A stretch of 64,000 nucleotides of DNA from Bacteroidales bacterium. GTDB lineage: Bacteria > Bacteroidota > Bacteroidia > Bacteroidales > UBA3824. The stretch lies in assembly GCA_045597465.1 (NCBI GenBank), contig JAZLKG010000010.1, positions 6,749 through 70,748 of the forward strand. The letters run 5' to 3'. The notes below the pieces were generated by a model. That model did not search any database. It had not been told where the DNA came from and saw only the letters and a list, made by a program, of their open reading frames with translations. How positions within the stretch are numbered: the first letter of the stretch is position 1; each line of letters opens with the position of its first letter. This document shows, piece by piece, positions 18,775-29,386 of the stretch. Position numbers and translations under genes: made by a program.

Positions 18775-19425
18775 ATGATAAGCACCACAACACTTATTAT
18801 TATTGGCACCAGCGTGATATCACTGGCCGCCATGGACAGGCAGAACATAATGCCGGAAATGATGCAGAGGCCCGAGTGGATGCAGAAACTGAAACTGAAC
18901 CCCTACCTGACATGGCACAACAAGCAGCTCTACAGGCTGATAACCCACGGGCTGGTGCACGCCGACCTCCTCCACCTGGCGTTCAACATGATAACGCTCC
19001 ACTTTTTCGGCAACATGGTGGACGAATACATGCAGGCATACCTGGGCCCCGTGGCCGGCAAGCTGGCATACATGGCGCTCTACATAACAGCCCTGGCAGT
19101 GGCATCCAGCATAGACCTGATACGCTACAAGGACATGCCCCACTACAATGCCGTGGGAGCATCGGGCGCGATATCGGCGGTGCTCTTTGCCGGAATCCTC
19201 TTCGACCCATCGATGAGGATATCGCTGCTGATACTGCCCATACCCGCACCGGCATGGGTATTCGGAATCCTGTACCTGGCCTTCTGCTTCTACATGGCCA
19301 GACGCGGCGGCGACAACATAGGACACACAGCCCACGCAGTGGGCGCCATATACGGATTCCTGTTCCCAATAGCGCTGAAACCCGCGATATTCGCCGTGTT
19401 TCTGCACATACTGGGCATCAGATAA
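18775..19425 (+). CDS. Rhomboid family intramembrane serine protease
   Basis: HADLLHLAFNM (HxxxxHxxxN), GASGAISAV (GxSG) and a downstream H in a TM helix. Confidence 0.85.
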   Translation: MISTTTLIIIGTSVISLAAMDRQNIMPEMMQRPEWMQKLKLNPYLTWHNKQLYRLITHGLVHADLLHLAFNMITLHFFGNMVDEYMQAYLGPVAGKLAYMALYITALAVASSIDLIRYKDMPHYNAVGASGAISAVLFAGILFDPSMRISLLILPIPAPAWVFGILYLAFCFYMARRGGDNIGHTAHAVGAIYGFLFPIALKPAIFAVFLHILGIR

Positions 19426-19447
19426 AAAAAACGACACAAGAAAAAAA

Positions 19448-19951
19448 ATGAAAACCAAACTGGCCATACTGGACCGCGACGGTGTCATAGACGACAACTC
19501 GCAATGCTACTATGTATACCGCAAAGACCAATTCACATTCAACCCCGGTGTGCTGGAGGCCATAGCCAGGCTCTGCCGCAGCGGCTACACCATAGCCATA
19601 GTATCCAACCAGAGCGGAATAGCCAAAGGCGAGTACACGGTATCAGACATAGAGGAACTGCACCTGTGGATGTGCGGCGAGATAGCCAGGGCCGGAGGAT
19701 GCGTAGACCCAGGGAGAATATACGTATGCCCCCACCATCCCAGCAAGACCAACTGCCTGTGCCGCAAGCCCAAGCCCCTGCTGCTGCAGAAAGCCATGGC
19801 CCAGGCCGGAGCCGACTGCGGCTCCACTATCTTCATAGGCGACGCCGACACCGACGTATTGGCCGGGCAGGCCGCGGGAATAGCCACCTACAAGGTGGAG
19901 CCAAACGGAAACCTGCTGCATCAGCTCCAGAAACACGGACTGATAGACTGA
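19448..19951 (+). CDS. gmhB: HAD-IIIA phosphatase, D,D-heptose 1,7-bisphosphate phosphatase-like
   Basis: Motifs LDRDGVI, VSNQSGIAKG, CPHHP...C.CRKP and GDADTD. Confidence 0.75.
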   Translation: MKTKLAILDRDGVIDDNSQCYYVYRKDQFTFNPGVLEAIARLCRSGYTIAIVSNQSGIAKGEYTVSDIEELHLWMCGEIARAGGCVDPGRIYVCPHHPSKTNCLCRKPKPLLLQKAMAQAGADCGSTIFIGDADTDVLAGQAAGIATYKVEPNGNLLHQLQKHGLID

Positions 19952-19992
19952 ACACAAGAGCATAAGGAAACACAAGAAAAACAAAAAACGAT

Positions 19993-20883
19993 ATGGCAAC
20001 CAGCACCAAATACCTGCTACTGAACGGCAGCTACCACATAGAGGCCAGCAACATATTCAACCTCTACAACAGGGCGCTGAGCCACGGCGACTGTATCTGC
20101 GAGACGATACACACATGCGCCGACAGGCTCTGCTTCTTCGACGAGCACATGGCGCACCTGAGGCAGGGCATGAAACTGGCCCAGATGCAGATACCCGAGA
20201 AATTCAACAACATCGGCGATGTCTATTACAACGAGGTATCAAAGCTGATGAGCAAAAACAGGGTCTTCAAGAGCGCCAACGCCACAATAATGGTGTACCG
20301 CGCGGCCTCCACACAGCAATACTCGGCCGACAGGATAGAGTACCTGGTATGCGAGACCCCGTTCAACTATCTGGGATACGAGCTGAACGAGACCGGCATA
20401 AAACTGGACATATACGACAAGGAGCCCAAATACTGCGGCGCATTCGCCAACTACGAGACCCACAACGAAACCCTCACCCGCAGCATCATACGCAAGACCT
20501 GCCTGTCGAGGCACCTCAACGACATGATAATGACCACCCACGACGGGCATGTGTCGGAGGCGGCAATGGGCGGCAATGTGTTCCTGATATGCGGCAACAA
20601 GCTGATGACCCCTCCCCTATGCGACGGCTGCATAGACGACGTGTTCAGGCGCAAGGTGATGGAGGCAGCCCGGGAGCTGGGCATGGAAACCCAGTGCAAC
20701 GAGCATATAGGAATGGCCGACATGGACAGATGCTCGGAGATTTTCCTGGCAAGCACGGCATACGGCATACGGTGGGTATCAGCCTACAGAACCCACCGCT
20801 ACATAAAGCAGAAGGTGCAGGCAATCCACGCCAAGGTAAACGAGAAATACCTGGCCGAGAGGATAGACACGGAAAACAGCTAA
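19993..20883 (+). CDS. Aminotransferase class IV-like protein (aminodeoxychorismate lyase / BCAT fold)
   Basis: 296 aa. The length and the N-terminal L.NG.....F.....R....GD...ET pattern fit fold type IV. Weak call. Confidence 0.5.
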   Translation: MATSTKYLLLNGSYHIEASNIFNLYNRALSHGDCICETIHTCADRLCFFDEHMAHLRQGMKLAQMQIPEKFNNIGDVYYNEVSKLMSKNRVFKSANATIMVYRAASTQQYSADRIEYLVCETPFNYLGYELNETGIKLDIYDKEPKYCGAFANYETHNETLTRSIIRKTCLSRHLNDMIMTTHDGHVSEAAMGGNVFLICGNKLMTPPLCDGCIDDVFRRKVMEAARELGMETQCNEHIGMADMDRCSEIFLASTAYGIRWVSAYRTHRYIKQKVQAIHAKVNEKYLAERIDTENS

Positions 20884-20926
20884 ACAGCCACAAGATATCA
20901 ATAACGAATAAAATACAATACACAAA

Positions 20927-21676
20927 ATGAAAATATTAGGAATAATACCATCGAGATACGCATCCACAAGATTCCCAGGCAAGCCCCTGGCAATGATAGG
21001 ATCCAAGACCATGATACACAGAGTATACCTGCAGGCCAGCAAGGCATTCGACGATGTGGTGGTGGCCACCGACGACCAGCGCATATTCGACGAGGTAACC
21101 AAATTCGGCGGCAATGTGGTGATGACATCCGAAAACCACCAGAGCGGCACCGACCGATGCGCCGAGGCCGCCACGACTTACTGCAGGCAGAGCGGCAAAT
21201 CATTCGACGCCGTGATAAACATACAGGGCGACGAGCCTTTCGTACAGCCCGAACAGCTCAGGAGCCTTGGCAACCTGTTCAACGACAAGAACGTGGAGAT
21301 TGCAACACTAATAAAAGAGGCGTCAGAAGACGAGATTTTCAACGAGAACGCCGTAAAGGTGATTTTCAACCTGAAAGACGAGGCCATATATTTCAGCAGA
21401 AACACAATACCCTTCATGCGCGGCAAGGACAAGGGAGAATGGCACTCCAATTTCACATACTACCGCCACATAGGAGTATACGCCTACAGATACGACGTGC
21501 TCCAGAAAATAACACTGCTGCCCCAGAGCAGCCTGGAGCTCTCAGAGAAACTGGAGCAGAACAGATGGATAGAAAACGGATACAGGATAAAGATCTGCAA
21601 GACCGATTTCGAGGGCCTGGCAGTGGACACCCCAGCCGACCTGCAGAAGATACTGGACACCATGGATCTGGACTAA
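20927..21676 (+). CDS. kdsB: 3-deoxy-manno-octulosonate cytidylyltransferase
   Basis: Motifs IIPSRYASTRFPGKPL, VVATDD, GTDRC, NIQGDEP and HIGVYAYR. Confidence 0.9.
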   Translation: MKILGIIPSRYASTRFPGKPLAMIGSKTMIHRVYLQASKAFDDVVVATDDQRIFDEVTKFGGNVVMTSENHQSGTDRCAEAATTYCRQSGKSFDAVINIQGDEPFVQPEQLRSLGNLFNDKNVEIATLIKEASEDEIFNENAVKVIFNLKDEAIYFSRNTIPFMRGKDKGEWHSNFTYYRHIGVYAYRYDVLQKITLLPQSSLELSEKLEQNRWIENGYRIKICKTDFEGLAVDTPADLQKILDTMDLD

Positions 21677-21775
21677 GACAAAAAATCCACACGGAAGGCA
21701 CAATAATTGCATATAGGGGAATATCATAAAAGTGTGGAAGATAAAGACATGTACAAATAAAAACTGAAAAACAAA

Positions 21776-22147
21776 ATGAGAAAACTACATAAATATATCA
21801 TGTGCGTGGCCATGGCAGCCCTATGGGCGGGCCACGCGCATGCCCAGGAGAGGCAGGCCATGAACCCCGACTTTCTGATAATCAACCAGAACCAGAACAG
21901 GCACGAGGCTGTCATATACCCGAATCCCGCCACAGGGAAGGTAGTGAAGATAAAATCATCGATACTGATAAAAAGCATCGAGATAATGACTATGATAGGC
22001 AAATGCGTGCAGCAGGAACTAAACCCGCACATGATATACGACGACATTACTCTGGACCTGAAAAGCTGCAATCCAGGCACTTATTACGCCAAAATCACTT
22101 TCGAGGACGACCAGACTGTGATCAAGAAATTAATTTTGAGGAAATAG
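21776..22147 (+). CDS. Small T9SS C-terminal sorting domain protein (signal peptide + CTD only)
   Basis: Signal peptide ending AHA-QE. YPNPATGKV begins the CTD and ...KKLILRK ends it. Confidence 0.65.
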   Translation: MRKLHKYIMCVAMAALWAGHAHAQERQAMNPDFLIINQNQNRHEAVIYPNPATGKVVKIKSSILIKSIEIMTMIGKCVQQELNPHMIYDDITLDLKSCNPGTYYAKITFEDDQTVIKKLILRK

Positions 22148-22423
22148 CAATAAAAAAGACAAAAAAAATTTGATTTTTCAATATATTTGAGTAATTTCGC
22201 ATCGTAGATTTTCGAACAAAGAAAATACGGATATTTTTCTGGGAATAATCTTTTCCCACAAAATTCAAAAAAATTAATTCATTTAGGATTCAACAGAATT
22301 ATATTTTTCGAATTTAATAAAAAAACGGCGCCCGCTTATTGCCAAATCCGCGATAAGTGTATCCGTGCCCGTTTTATATAATTGGACGAGAAAAATAAAA
22401 ATATTCAACAAACACATTTTTAT

Positions 22424-24541
22424 ATGTATCATACAAACGAGCTTGAACAAAAGCTGGTATCAGAGTTGCAAGAAATAGCAAAATCTCTTGGCATACCCAA
22501 GACAGATAAATTATTGAAACAGGACCTGATCTGGGAGATAGTGGAGAAGCAGGCGTCAGACGCAGCCAAGGCTTCCACCAGCGAAAGCAGCGCAGAGAAT
22601 CAAGAGCCTGCGCCACAGGCACCAAGGAAAAGAGGCCGCCCACGCAAGGCCGACAAGGCAAACAACAATACACAGCAGCATCAGGCCCAGCAGCCACAAC
22701 AGACTGTGCCCCAGCCAGCAGAGCAAGAGACTGCCGACAGCGAGCAGGCTCAGCAGCAATCCAGCGAGGATCAGCCCCAGCAGAAACAGGAGCGCAAAAA
22801 GCGCGAGAGAATACAGCGTCAGCCCAAAGACGACAAGAGAACCAGAAAAAATAAACAAGCCGAAAACAAGGAAGAGCCCAAGCCTCTGGAGGACAATGCA
22901 AAGACCGAAGAGGAAAAGCCCAAGGAGAGAAGGCGCAAGCTGGTATTGGGCGGACGCAAATCGGATATTGCAAACGAAAGCCAGCAGGCCGAAAAACCAG
23001 CCGAGCAATCCGAAAACACCATCCAGGCCATGCCACAGTCCGACACCAACAGCATAGAGGACAACCAGGCCCAGGATTTACAGACGCCTCAGTATCAGCA
23101 GAATGTGCAGGACCCAATGGCCCCATACGAGCAGCCTGCCATCAGCAACTATCCCGACAATCAGCCGAATGTGATTGATAACCAGGAAAACCTGCAAGAC
23201 GACATCAGGAACAACAGGCCACCATCGATTTTCGACCAGGATGGAGTAATCACCAACCAGGGCGTACTGGAGGTGATGCCCGACGGCTACGGATTTTTGC
23301 GCAGCGCCGATTTCAACTATTTCAATTCGCCCGACGATATCTATGTGTCTGTAACACAGATAAAGAGATTCAGCCTGAAGACCGGCGACGTGGTGGAGGG
23401 CACAATACGCCCACCAAAGGAGAGCGAGAAATATTTCCCCCTCATCAATATCCTGAAGATAAACGGACGACGCCCCGACTATATCCGCGACCGTGTGAAT
23501 TTCGACTACCTGACCCCACTGTTCCCCGAGGAGAAATTCAACCTGACAGGCGGACGCCACGGCAACAACCTGTCGTGCCGCATCGTGGACATGTTTGCCC
23601 CAATAGGCAAAGGTCAGCGCGGCCTCATTGTGGCTCAGCCAAAAACCGGTAAGACAATTTTGCTGAAGGATATAGCCAACTCCATAGTGGACAACCATCC
23701 CGAGGTATACGTGATAATATTGCTGATAGACGAGCGCCCCGAGGAGGTCACCGACATGAAGAGATCGGTACGCGCCGAGGTGATTTCGTCGACATTCGAC
23801 GAGCCCGCCGAGAAACACGTAAAGGTGGCCAACATTGTATTGGAGAAGGCAAAGCGCATGGTGGAGTGTGGCCACGACGTGGTAATACTCCTGGATTCGA
23901 TAACACGACTCGCACGCGCCTACAACACAGTACAGCCGGCATCAGGAAAGGTGCTCACCGGAGGTGTGGACGCCAACGCGCTCCACAAGCCCAAGAGATT
24001 CTTTGGAGCAGCCCGAAACATAGAGAACGGCGGATCGCTCACCATCATAGCCACAGCACTTACCGACACCGGTTCCAGAATGGATGATGTGATTTTCGAG
24101 GAGTTCAAGGGCACCGGCAACATGGAGCTCCAGCTCGACAGGAAACTGGCCAACAAGCGCATATTCCCCGCAGTGGACATCAACCTGTCGTCAACCCGCC
24201 GCGACGACAAGCTCCTGGACAAAAACATGCTCAACATTATCTGGGAGCTCAGGAAGAAACAGCTCTCGGAACGCAACAGCGTGGAGGCCATGCAGTATCT
24301 CCAGAAGGAAATGGAGGGCACTCCAAACAACGAGGCTTTCCTCTTTCTCCAGCAGAAGGAGCTGGCCGTGGATACCACTACATATTTCTCGGACCACAGC
24401 GAGCCTATGGACAAGCCATCCGACGAGCCTAATGACGGCAGCATCGAACGCCGCGGACGCCGTCCAAGGATAACTGCCACCAAGGTGGAGATTCCTGAAC
24501 CAGAGACTCCCAAATCGTATGACGACGATGAGGATTATTAA
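22424..24541 (+). CDS. rho: Transcription termination factor Rho with large low-complexity insertion
   Basis: Rho_N helix [14 protein letters not shown]-binding [15 protein letters not shown], Walker A AQPKTGKT and Walker B LLIDE. A Q/E/K/P-rich insert lies between the N-terminal helix and the CSD. Confidence 0.95.
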   Translation: MYHTNELEQKLVSELQEIAKSLGIPKTDKLLKQDLIWEIVEKQASDAAKASTSESSAENQEPAPQAPRKRGRPRKADKANNNTQQHQAQQPQQTVPQPAEQETADSEQAQQQSSEDQPQQKQERKKRERIQRQPKDDKRTRKNKQAENKEEPKPLEDNAKTEEEKPKERRRKLVLGGRKSDIANESQQAEKPAEQSENTIQAMPQSDTNSIEDNQAQDLQTPQYQQNVQDPMAPYEQPAISNYPDNQPNVIDNQENLQDDIRNNRPPSIFDQDGVITNQGVLEVMPDGYGFLRSADFNYFNSPDDIYVSVTQIKRFSLKTGDVVEGTIRPPKESEKYFPLINILKINGRRPDYIRDRVNFDYLTPLFPEEKFNLTGGRHGNNLSCRIVDMFAPIGKGQRGLIVAQPKTGKTILLKDIANSIVDNHPEVYVIILLIDERPEEVTDMKRSVRAEVISSTFDEPAEKHVKVANIVLEKAKRMVECGHDVVILLDSITRLARAYNTVQPASGKVLTGGVDANALHKPKRFFGAARNIENGGSLTIIATALTDTGSRMDDVIFEEFKGTGNMELQLDRKLANKRIFPAVDINLSSTRRDDKLLDKNMLNIIWELRKKQLSERNSVEAMQYLQKEMEGTPNNEAFLFLQQKELAVDTTTYFSDHSEPMDKPSDEPNDGSIERRGRRPRITATKVEIPEPETPKSYDDDEDY

Positions 24542-24555
24542 TAGATAAACAAAAA

Positions 24556-24584
24556 AGAGTAAGATTCCCGAAAAATCTTACTCT
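24556..24584. terminator. Bidirectional intrinsic terminator after rho
   Basis: agagtaagatt / aatcttactct stem flanked by A6 and T8. Confidence 0.8.
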
Positions 24585-24595
24585 TTTTTTTATAA

Positions 24596-25246
24596 TTACT
24601 CATAACCATAGGAGAAGCACCTGAGCGGCTCCAGGCCATCCACCTCCATACCGGACCACTCCTCTACCCTACCGGGACTGTCGGCATCGTGGCCCTGATA
24701 CTTCAGATACTGCAACTGCCCGGTGTTGAAATTCCTGGAATAGAGGACAGTGGAATCGCTGGAGGGCTGATACCTCTCGCAGGAATTGCCTATCTTCAGG
24801 AAATCGCCATTCTGCCAGCGGTAAATCTCGACCACAGTCTGCCGATGCCCGTCGGCCTGCATATCGCATTGCAGCCTTATGGTGCCGCGGGCGGTAATCT
24901 CGGCCTTGTAGCTGTAGGCGAAATCGTGACTGAGCGATTCGTAATAATTGTATGACTTGTAGAGGCTGTACATGCCCGAGCCGTTGCCCCAGTATACGGC
25001 TATGCGCGGGGTGTTGAAATCATGCCACCGGCCATCCTCGTCGAAAAACATAAGGCTGTCGATGTTTGGGAAAGCCATCACAAGCAGGTCGGCAACACCG
25101 TCACGGTTGAGGTCGCCGCGGCTCTCCTGCACCGTCCAGCCATCGGGCACCAGGGCAGGCGCCTTGCGTCCGTATTTCTTGAAATCCTGGGCACTGGCAG
25201 CGCACGCCAGGACCAACGCAAGCATCAGAATGAAAAATCTTCTCAT
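24596..25246 (-). CDS. Hypothetical secreted protein (FG-GAP/VCBS-like motif)
   Basis: Signal peptide MRRFFILMLALVLACAASAQ and the GDLNRDGVADLLV motif. Confidence 0.55.
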   Translation of the reverse strand: MRRFFILMLALVLACAASAQDFKKYGRKAPALVPDGWTVQESRGDLNRDGVADLLVMAFPNIDSLMFFDEDGRWHDFNTPRIAVYWGNGSGMYSLYKSYNYYESLSHDFAYSYKAEITARGTIRLQCDMQADGHRQTVVEIYRWQNGDFLKIGNSCERYQPSSDSTVLYSRNFNTGQLQYLKYQGHDADSPGRVEEWSGMEVDGLEPLRCFSYGYE

Positions 25247-25260
25247 ATTTTCATGTATTA

Positions 25261-26319
25261 TTATTTGCCGTATTTGTTTTTGAGATAAGCCAGAAACCGG
25301 AGAAAATCACCGCCAAACGCATCGGCGCATTCTTTCCGGAGCTGATTCTTCTTGTTGTAATATGTCATATAGCCGGTGAAGAATGTGTTGTTGATATTTC
25401 TGAGGCGGCCGTCCTTCAGCCTCCATGGATTCACAACCTCAAGGCTGAGAGTGTCCACATTGTCCACAATCTGCTGTATGAAAGCCCTCTTTGCCGAATC
25501 CTTGTCACATACCTGCATGTTCATGAACGCGACGGTCTGATACACAGAATCGAGCTGATGCGCGCCCAAGAGGTAATAGTCGGCCAGACGCTCGTTGTCG
25601 GAGATAAGGCTGGCATATCTCTGAAGCTCGGACGACTGGGGACCGTACTTTGACGCCAGATAGCATTTGGCGCCGTTCTCGCCCACATAGTCGGCAATGT
25701 TCTCGTTAAGGTCGGAATCGTCCTTTATGAATATCGTGGAGTGTGTAAGCTCGTGGATTATGAGCTCGGCGAGAGAAGCCTCGTCGCGCATCAGCATCGA
25801 CGACAGCACCGGGTCCTTGAACCATCCCATTGTGCTCCATCCTGCGGGATGGGCTATGCGGGTGTCGTAGCCCTGAGACTCCATGTATGCCTGCTCGGCC
25901 TTGGCATCAGCCTCGTCGAAATAGCCCTTGTATGGCAACGCCCCCACCACGGGAAATTTCCAGAGGTACTTCCTGACACGGTATCTCTCGGCAGCCTGTA
26001 CCACGTAGGCCGTGGGCTTGCCATTGAGGTCGTAGACGGCGTTGTAGTTTGGAGAATCGTGAAGGCCAAGGCTGTCGATGGCGTAGCGTCTTATTTCCTT
26101 TATCAGGAAGAGCTTGGTCTTCAGCGAGTCAGGATACCGAGGATCGCCAAGCAGAGTATCAATAGGCACGGCCTCGCGCACCATGCGCAGCTGACCAAGA
26201 CCCTGCTGTGCCGCATATTTCAGCAGGCTGAAATTGAGGGCCGCAAGTATCAGGAGCAACATCAAGACGCTGAGGATGATCTTGTTGCGGAGCTTCAGGG
26301 ATTTGATTCTATTGAACAT
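25261..26319 (-). CDS. Putative aminopeptidase (PF10023-like zinc metalloprotease)
   Basis: N-terminal TM helix. WKFPVVGALPYKGYF, GWSTMGWFKDPVLS and IIHELTHS are collinear with the putative-aminopeptidase family. Confidence 0.8.
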   Translation of the reverse strand: MFNRIKSLKLRNKIILSVLMLLLILAALNFSLLKYAAQQGLGQLRMVREAVPIDTLLGDPRYPDSLKTKLFLIKEIRRYAIDSLGLHDSPNYNAVYDLNGKPTAYVVQAAERYRVRKYLWKFPVVGALPYKGYFDEADAKAEQAYMESQGYDTRIAHPAGWSTMGWFKDPVLSSMLMRDEASLAELIIHELTHSTIFIKDDSDLNENIADYVGENGAKCYLASKYGPQSSELQRYASLISDNERLADYYLLGAHQLDSVYQTVAFMNMQVCDKDSAKRAFIQQIVDNVDTLSLEVVNPWRLKDGRLRNINNTFFTGYMTYYNKKNQLRKECADAFGGDFLRFLAYLKNKYGK

Positions 26320-26343
26320 TATTCATGTATTTTTATTTATAAA

Positions 26344-26380
26344 AATATCCCCGGCCTATATTCACGAGACCGGGGATATT
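26344..26380 (-). terminator. Intrinsic terminator downstream of the GH3 gene
   Basis: aatatccccgg / ccggggatatt stem with a T-run on the minus strand. Confidence 0.65.
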
Positions 26381-26444
26381 TATTATTTATCCGGTGGATC
26401 GATTTTGGGAGACGCACAGCAGCGCATCTCTGCGGATGCATTGA

Positions 26445-29033
26445 TTACTCCACTACGAAATCCAAGCCCCACAAATCATCATCCAATGACGATGAGCCGT
26501 AGAGAATCTTGTAGCGGCCAGCCTTTGTAGAGAGCTCGTCGATAGATTCGTCGTAATACTCGAACGACTCGCTATCGAGGGTAATCTCGGCAATCTTGGT
26601 TTCGCCGGGGTTGAGAGAGAGCTTCTTGAAGCCCTTGAGCGACTTGATGGGAGCATCCTTGTAGTCGAGAGCCTTTACGTAAACCTGAACGATTTCCTCG
26701 CCCTTCATCTTGCCGGTGTTGGTGACAGGGATAGAGATTGTAACCTTGCCATCCTTCTTCATCTTGCTGGCTGATATCTTGGCCTTGCCGTAAGCAAATG
26801 TGGTGTAAGACATTCCATAGCCGAAAGCGTAGAGAGGCTTGCCCTTGAAATACTTGTAGGTGCGGTTTTCCATGCTGTAGTCGAGGAAGTCGGGAAGGTC
26901 GTTGTTGGATGCGTAGAATGTAACAGGAAGCTTGCCCGATGGGTTGTAGTCGCCGAAGATAACCTCAGCGAGAGCCTTGGCACCGCCCTGACCTGGATAC
27001 CATGCCTGGATGAGAGCGTCGTACTGGTCTTCGATGCTGCCGAAAGCGATGGCCGAGCCCGAGCAGTTTACCATTACAACTGGCTTGTCTGTAGAGTGCA
27101 TGGCCTTTACGAGGCGCTGCTGAACCACTGGAAGCTCGATATCAGCCTTGTCGCCGCCCTCGCCTTCCATCTGGGCAGAGATGCCGCCTATCACGATGAT
27201 GGCGTCAGCATCCTTCACCTGATTGATGAGGTCGGTGTAGTCTACGAGGTTGCGCTCACAGATATCGCCGCGGAGCATTGCGAAGTTGCCGTTGCCGCGA
27301 CGGTATTCTATCTCGATGGTGTAGGTCTTGCCCTTCTTTACAGGGAACGACTTGTACTCTACATTGCGGCCAAAACCGAAGCGGAATGGAGCTGGCTTGG
27401 CGTCCTCCACTACCTGACCGTTCACCTTGAGGATATATCCGTTGTCGGAAGAGAGGGTGTACTTCATATCACCGGTAAATGTGGCCTTGTACTTACCTGT
27501 AATGCGGGCAGATATCTTGTCGGTGCTGATGCCCTGTGCAAAGCCCCAGCCTCCGAATGTGGAGAAGTTGAGCTCGTTGTAGTAGTTGGTGACGTCGGGA
27601 TTGCCGGCGAGTTCCTTGTTGTTCCAGAACTCTACCTTGAGGCCCCTGCCGTCGTTGAAGTCCTTGATATGGCTGATGGTGTTGTAGTCGTCGTTGAGGG
27701 TGCAGGCCTTGCTGTAGATAACGTTGGCGCCCGGAACGGCGTTCTTGATGCCCTCGAGGAGAGAGTGCTTGTGGTTGTCGGTAGGTGTGCCGCCGTAGTT
27801 TCCGTTAAGGAGCTCCACGTCGTCGGCATTTGGACCTACCACGGCTATTGTCTTAACGCCCTTGCTGAGAGGCAACACGCCGTTGTTCTTGAGGAGCACC
27901 ATGCTCTCGCGGGCGGCCTGGGTGGCAAGGTCGTTGAACTTCTCGCAGCTGATAACATCAGGACCGAGATTAGCCCAAGGCAGATTCTCAGCAGGATCGA
28001 ACATACCGAGCTCGAAACGTCCGAGGAGGGTTTTGCGGAGGTGATAGTCGAGAATGTTCTCGTCGATGAGACCCTTTTCGAGAGCCTCAGTAAGAACCAT
28101 GAAAACCTTTCCACACTCGAGGTCGGTGCCGTTTAAAACGGCATCGACAGATGCCGAGAGCGGATCCTTGTGGGTCTCGTGCTGACCCTTGTTGTAGAAG
28201 TTGTTGATGGCGTCGCAGTCGGTGAGTACGATGGCGTCGTAGCCCCACTTGTTGCGGAGAATGTCTACCAAGAGACGGTCGGAGGTACAGCAAGGCTTGT
28301 CCTCGTAGCGGTTGTAGGCGCACATTACCTCGCGCACGTTGGCCTTCTTTACGAGAGCCTTGAAGGCTGGAAGATATGTCTCCCAGAGGTCGCGCATCGA
28401 CACCTTTGCATTGTAGGTGTGGCGCAGTGGCTCGGGACCGCTGTGGACTGCGTAGTGCTTGGCGCAGGCGTGGGTCTTGAAGTATTTGGAGTCGTTGCCC
28501 TGCATTCCGAGAACGGTCTGTACACCGAGAACGGCGTTCATGTATGGGTCCTCGCCGCAAGTCTCCTGACCGCGTCCCCATGTTGGGTCACGGAAGATAT
28601 TCACGTTAGGACACCAGAATGTAAGCTCTGGATTTCCAGGATAATAGGTAACGCCCATTGGCACGTTGAAAACGTTGTGGTCGCTGCGGTTCCAGTTGGC
28701 GCGGGCCTCGTCGGAAACGGTAGAGAACACGTCGTAGAAGAGCTGCTCGCTGAAGGATGCAGCCATTCCAATAGGCTGAGGATAAACGGTGTATCCGCCC
28801 TGACGCACGCCGTGGCAGGCCTCGCTCCACCAGTTGTAGCTGGGGATTCCGAGACGGTCCACAGAGATTGATTTGTTCATCATAAGTCCAACTTTCTCCT
28901 GTGGAGTAAGCAGCGAGATGAGATTGTCAACGCGCTCCTTGTTGGAGAGTTTCGTGTCCTGGAATGGGTATTCCTGGGCCACAGCCGAGGCCGAGATAGC
29001 CACAGCAGAGATAATTGACAGTAGTCTTTTCAT
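26445..29033 (-). CDS. Glycoside hydrolase family 3 (beta-glucosidase/beta-xylosidase) with PA14-like insert
   Basis: Signal peptide. GH3 N-terminal motifs WWSEACHGV, KHYAVHSGPE and VLTDCDAI. PA14-like segment VEFWNNKELAGNP. Fn3-like C-terminus. Confidence 0.9.
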   Translation of the reverse strand: MKRLLSIISAVAISASAVAQEYPFQDTKLSNKERVDNLISLLTPQEKVGLMMNKSISVDRLGIPSYNWWSEACHGVRQGGYTVYPQPIGMAASFSEQLFYDVFSTVSDEARANWNRSDHNVFNVPMGVTYYPGNPELTFWCPNVNIFRDPTWGRGQETCGEDPYMNAVLGVQTVLGMQGNDSKYFKTHACAKHYAVHSGPEPLRHTYNAKVSMRDLWETYLPAFKALVKKANVREVMCAYNRYEDKPCCTSDRLLVDILRNKWGYDAIVLTDCDAINNFYNKGQHETHKDPLSASVDAVLNGTDLECGKVFMVLTEALEKGLIDENILDYHLRKTLLGRFELGMFDPAENLPWANLGPDVISCEKFNDLATQAARESMVLLKNNGVLPLSKGVKTIAVVGPNADDVELLNGNYGGTPTDNHKHSLLEGIKNAVPGANVIYSKACTLNDDYNTISHIKDFNDGRGLKVEFWNNKELAGNPDVTNYYNELNFSTFGGWGFAQGISTDKISARITGKYKATFTGDMKYTLSSDNGYILKVNGQVVEDAKPAPFRFGFGRNVEYKSFPVKKGKTYTIEIEYRRGNGNFAMLRGDICERNLVDYTDLINQVKDADAIIVIGGISAQMEGEGGDKADIELPVVQQRLVKAMHSTDKPVVMVNCSGSAIAFGSIEDQYDALIQAWYPGQGGAKALAEVIFGDYNPSGKLPVTFYASNNDLPDFLDYSMENRTYKYFKGKPLYAFGYGMSYTTFAYGKAKISASKMKKDGKVTISIPVTNTGKMKGEEIVQVYVKALDYKDAPIKSLKGFKKLSLNPGETKIAEITLDSESFEYYDESIDELSTKAGRYKILYGSSSLDDDLWGLDFVVE

Positions 29034-29074
29034 AAATAAATTGTTTGTATGATTGATAAAATAATTACCGGCTA

Positions 29075-29082
29075 CAAAAATA
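29075..29082 (-). promoter_or_regulatory. -7 box TAttTTTG (minus strand)
   Basis: 42 nt upstream of the GH3 ATG at 29033. Confidence 0.4.
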
Positions 29083-29386
29083 CAACAGATGATTGTAATA
29101 TCATAATTTATTCGAAGCTCATAACAATTTTTTTCACTCAGTAGAAAAAGCTCCTGTCAAAATCTCAATATAAAAAATTTTGCCGTGTCATTTTTTCAGG
29201 ACGGCGTGGTGCTGAGAATTAAGTTAGATTCAACGATAGCCGCGGGCGATTTTTCATATTTTGCATTTGCTATTACAGCAATGTTGGGCAATCTGTAGGA
29301 GATTATTCCCAAAAAACAGTATTTTTACAAGCATTTTCTATCGCAAAAACCACATTACAAATACCTGCAACAAGTATTTCTCAAAT

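Noticed and set aside
18075-19451. 458-aa plus-strand ORF spanning the Nudix and rhomboid genes
   Set aside because: It overlaps two ORFs with clear family motifs in other frames. The translation is Arg/Pro/Gly/His-rich low complexity, typical of an off-frame reading of GC-rich coding DNA.
22374-23126. 250-aa minus-strand ORF antisense to the rho insertion region, and similar long antisense ORFs (427..1101, 10727..11539, 15125..16096, 17115..17969, 23078..23875, 27096..28136, 59408..60103)
   Set aside because: Each lies fully inside a gene with strong homology-type motifs on the other strand. They have no motifs of their own and a skewed composition. They are treated as shadow ORFs.
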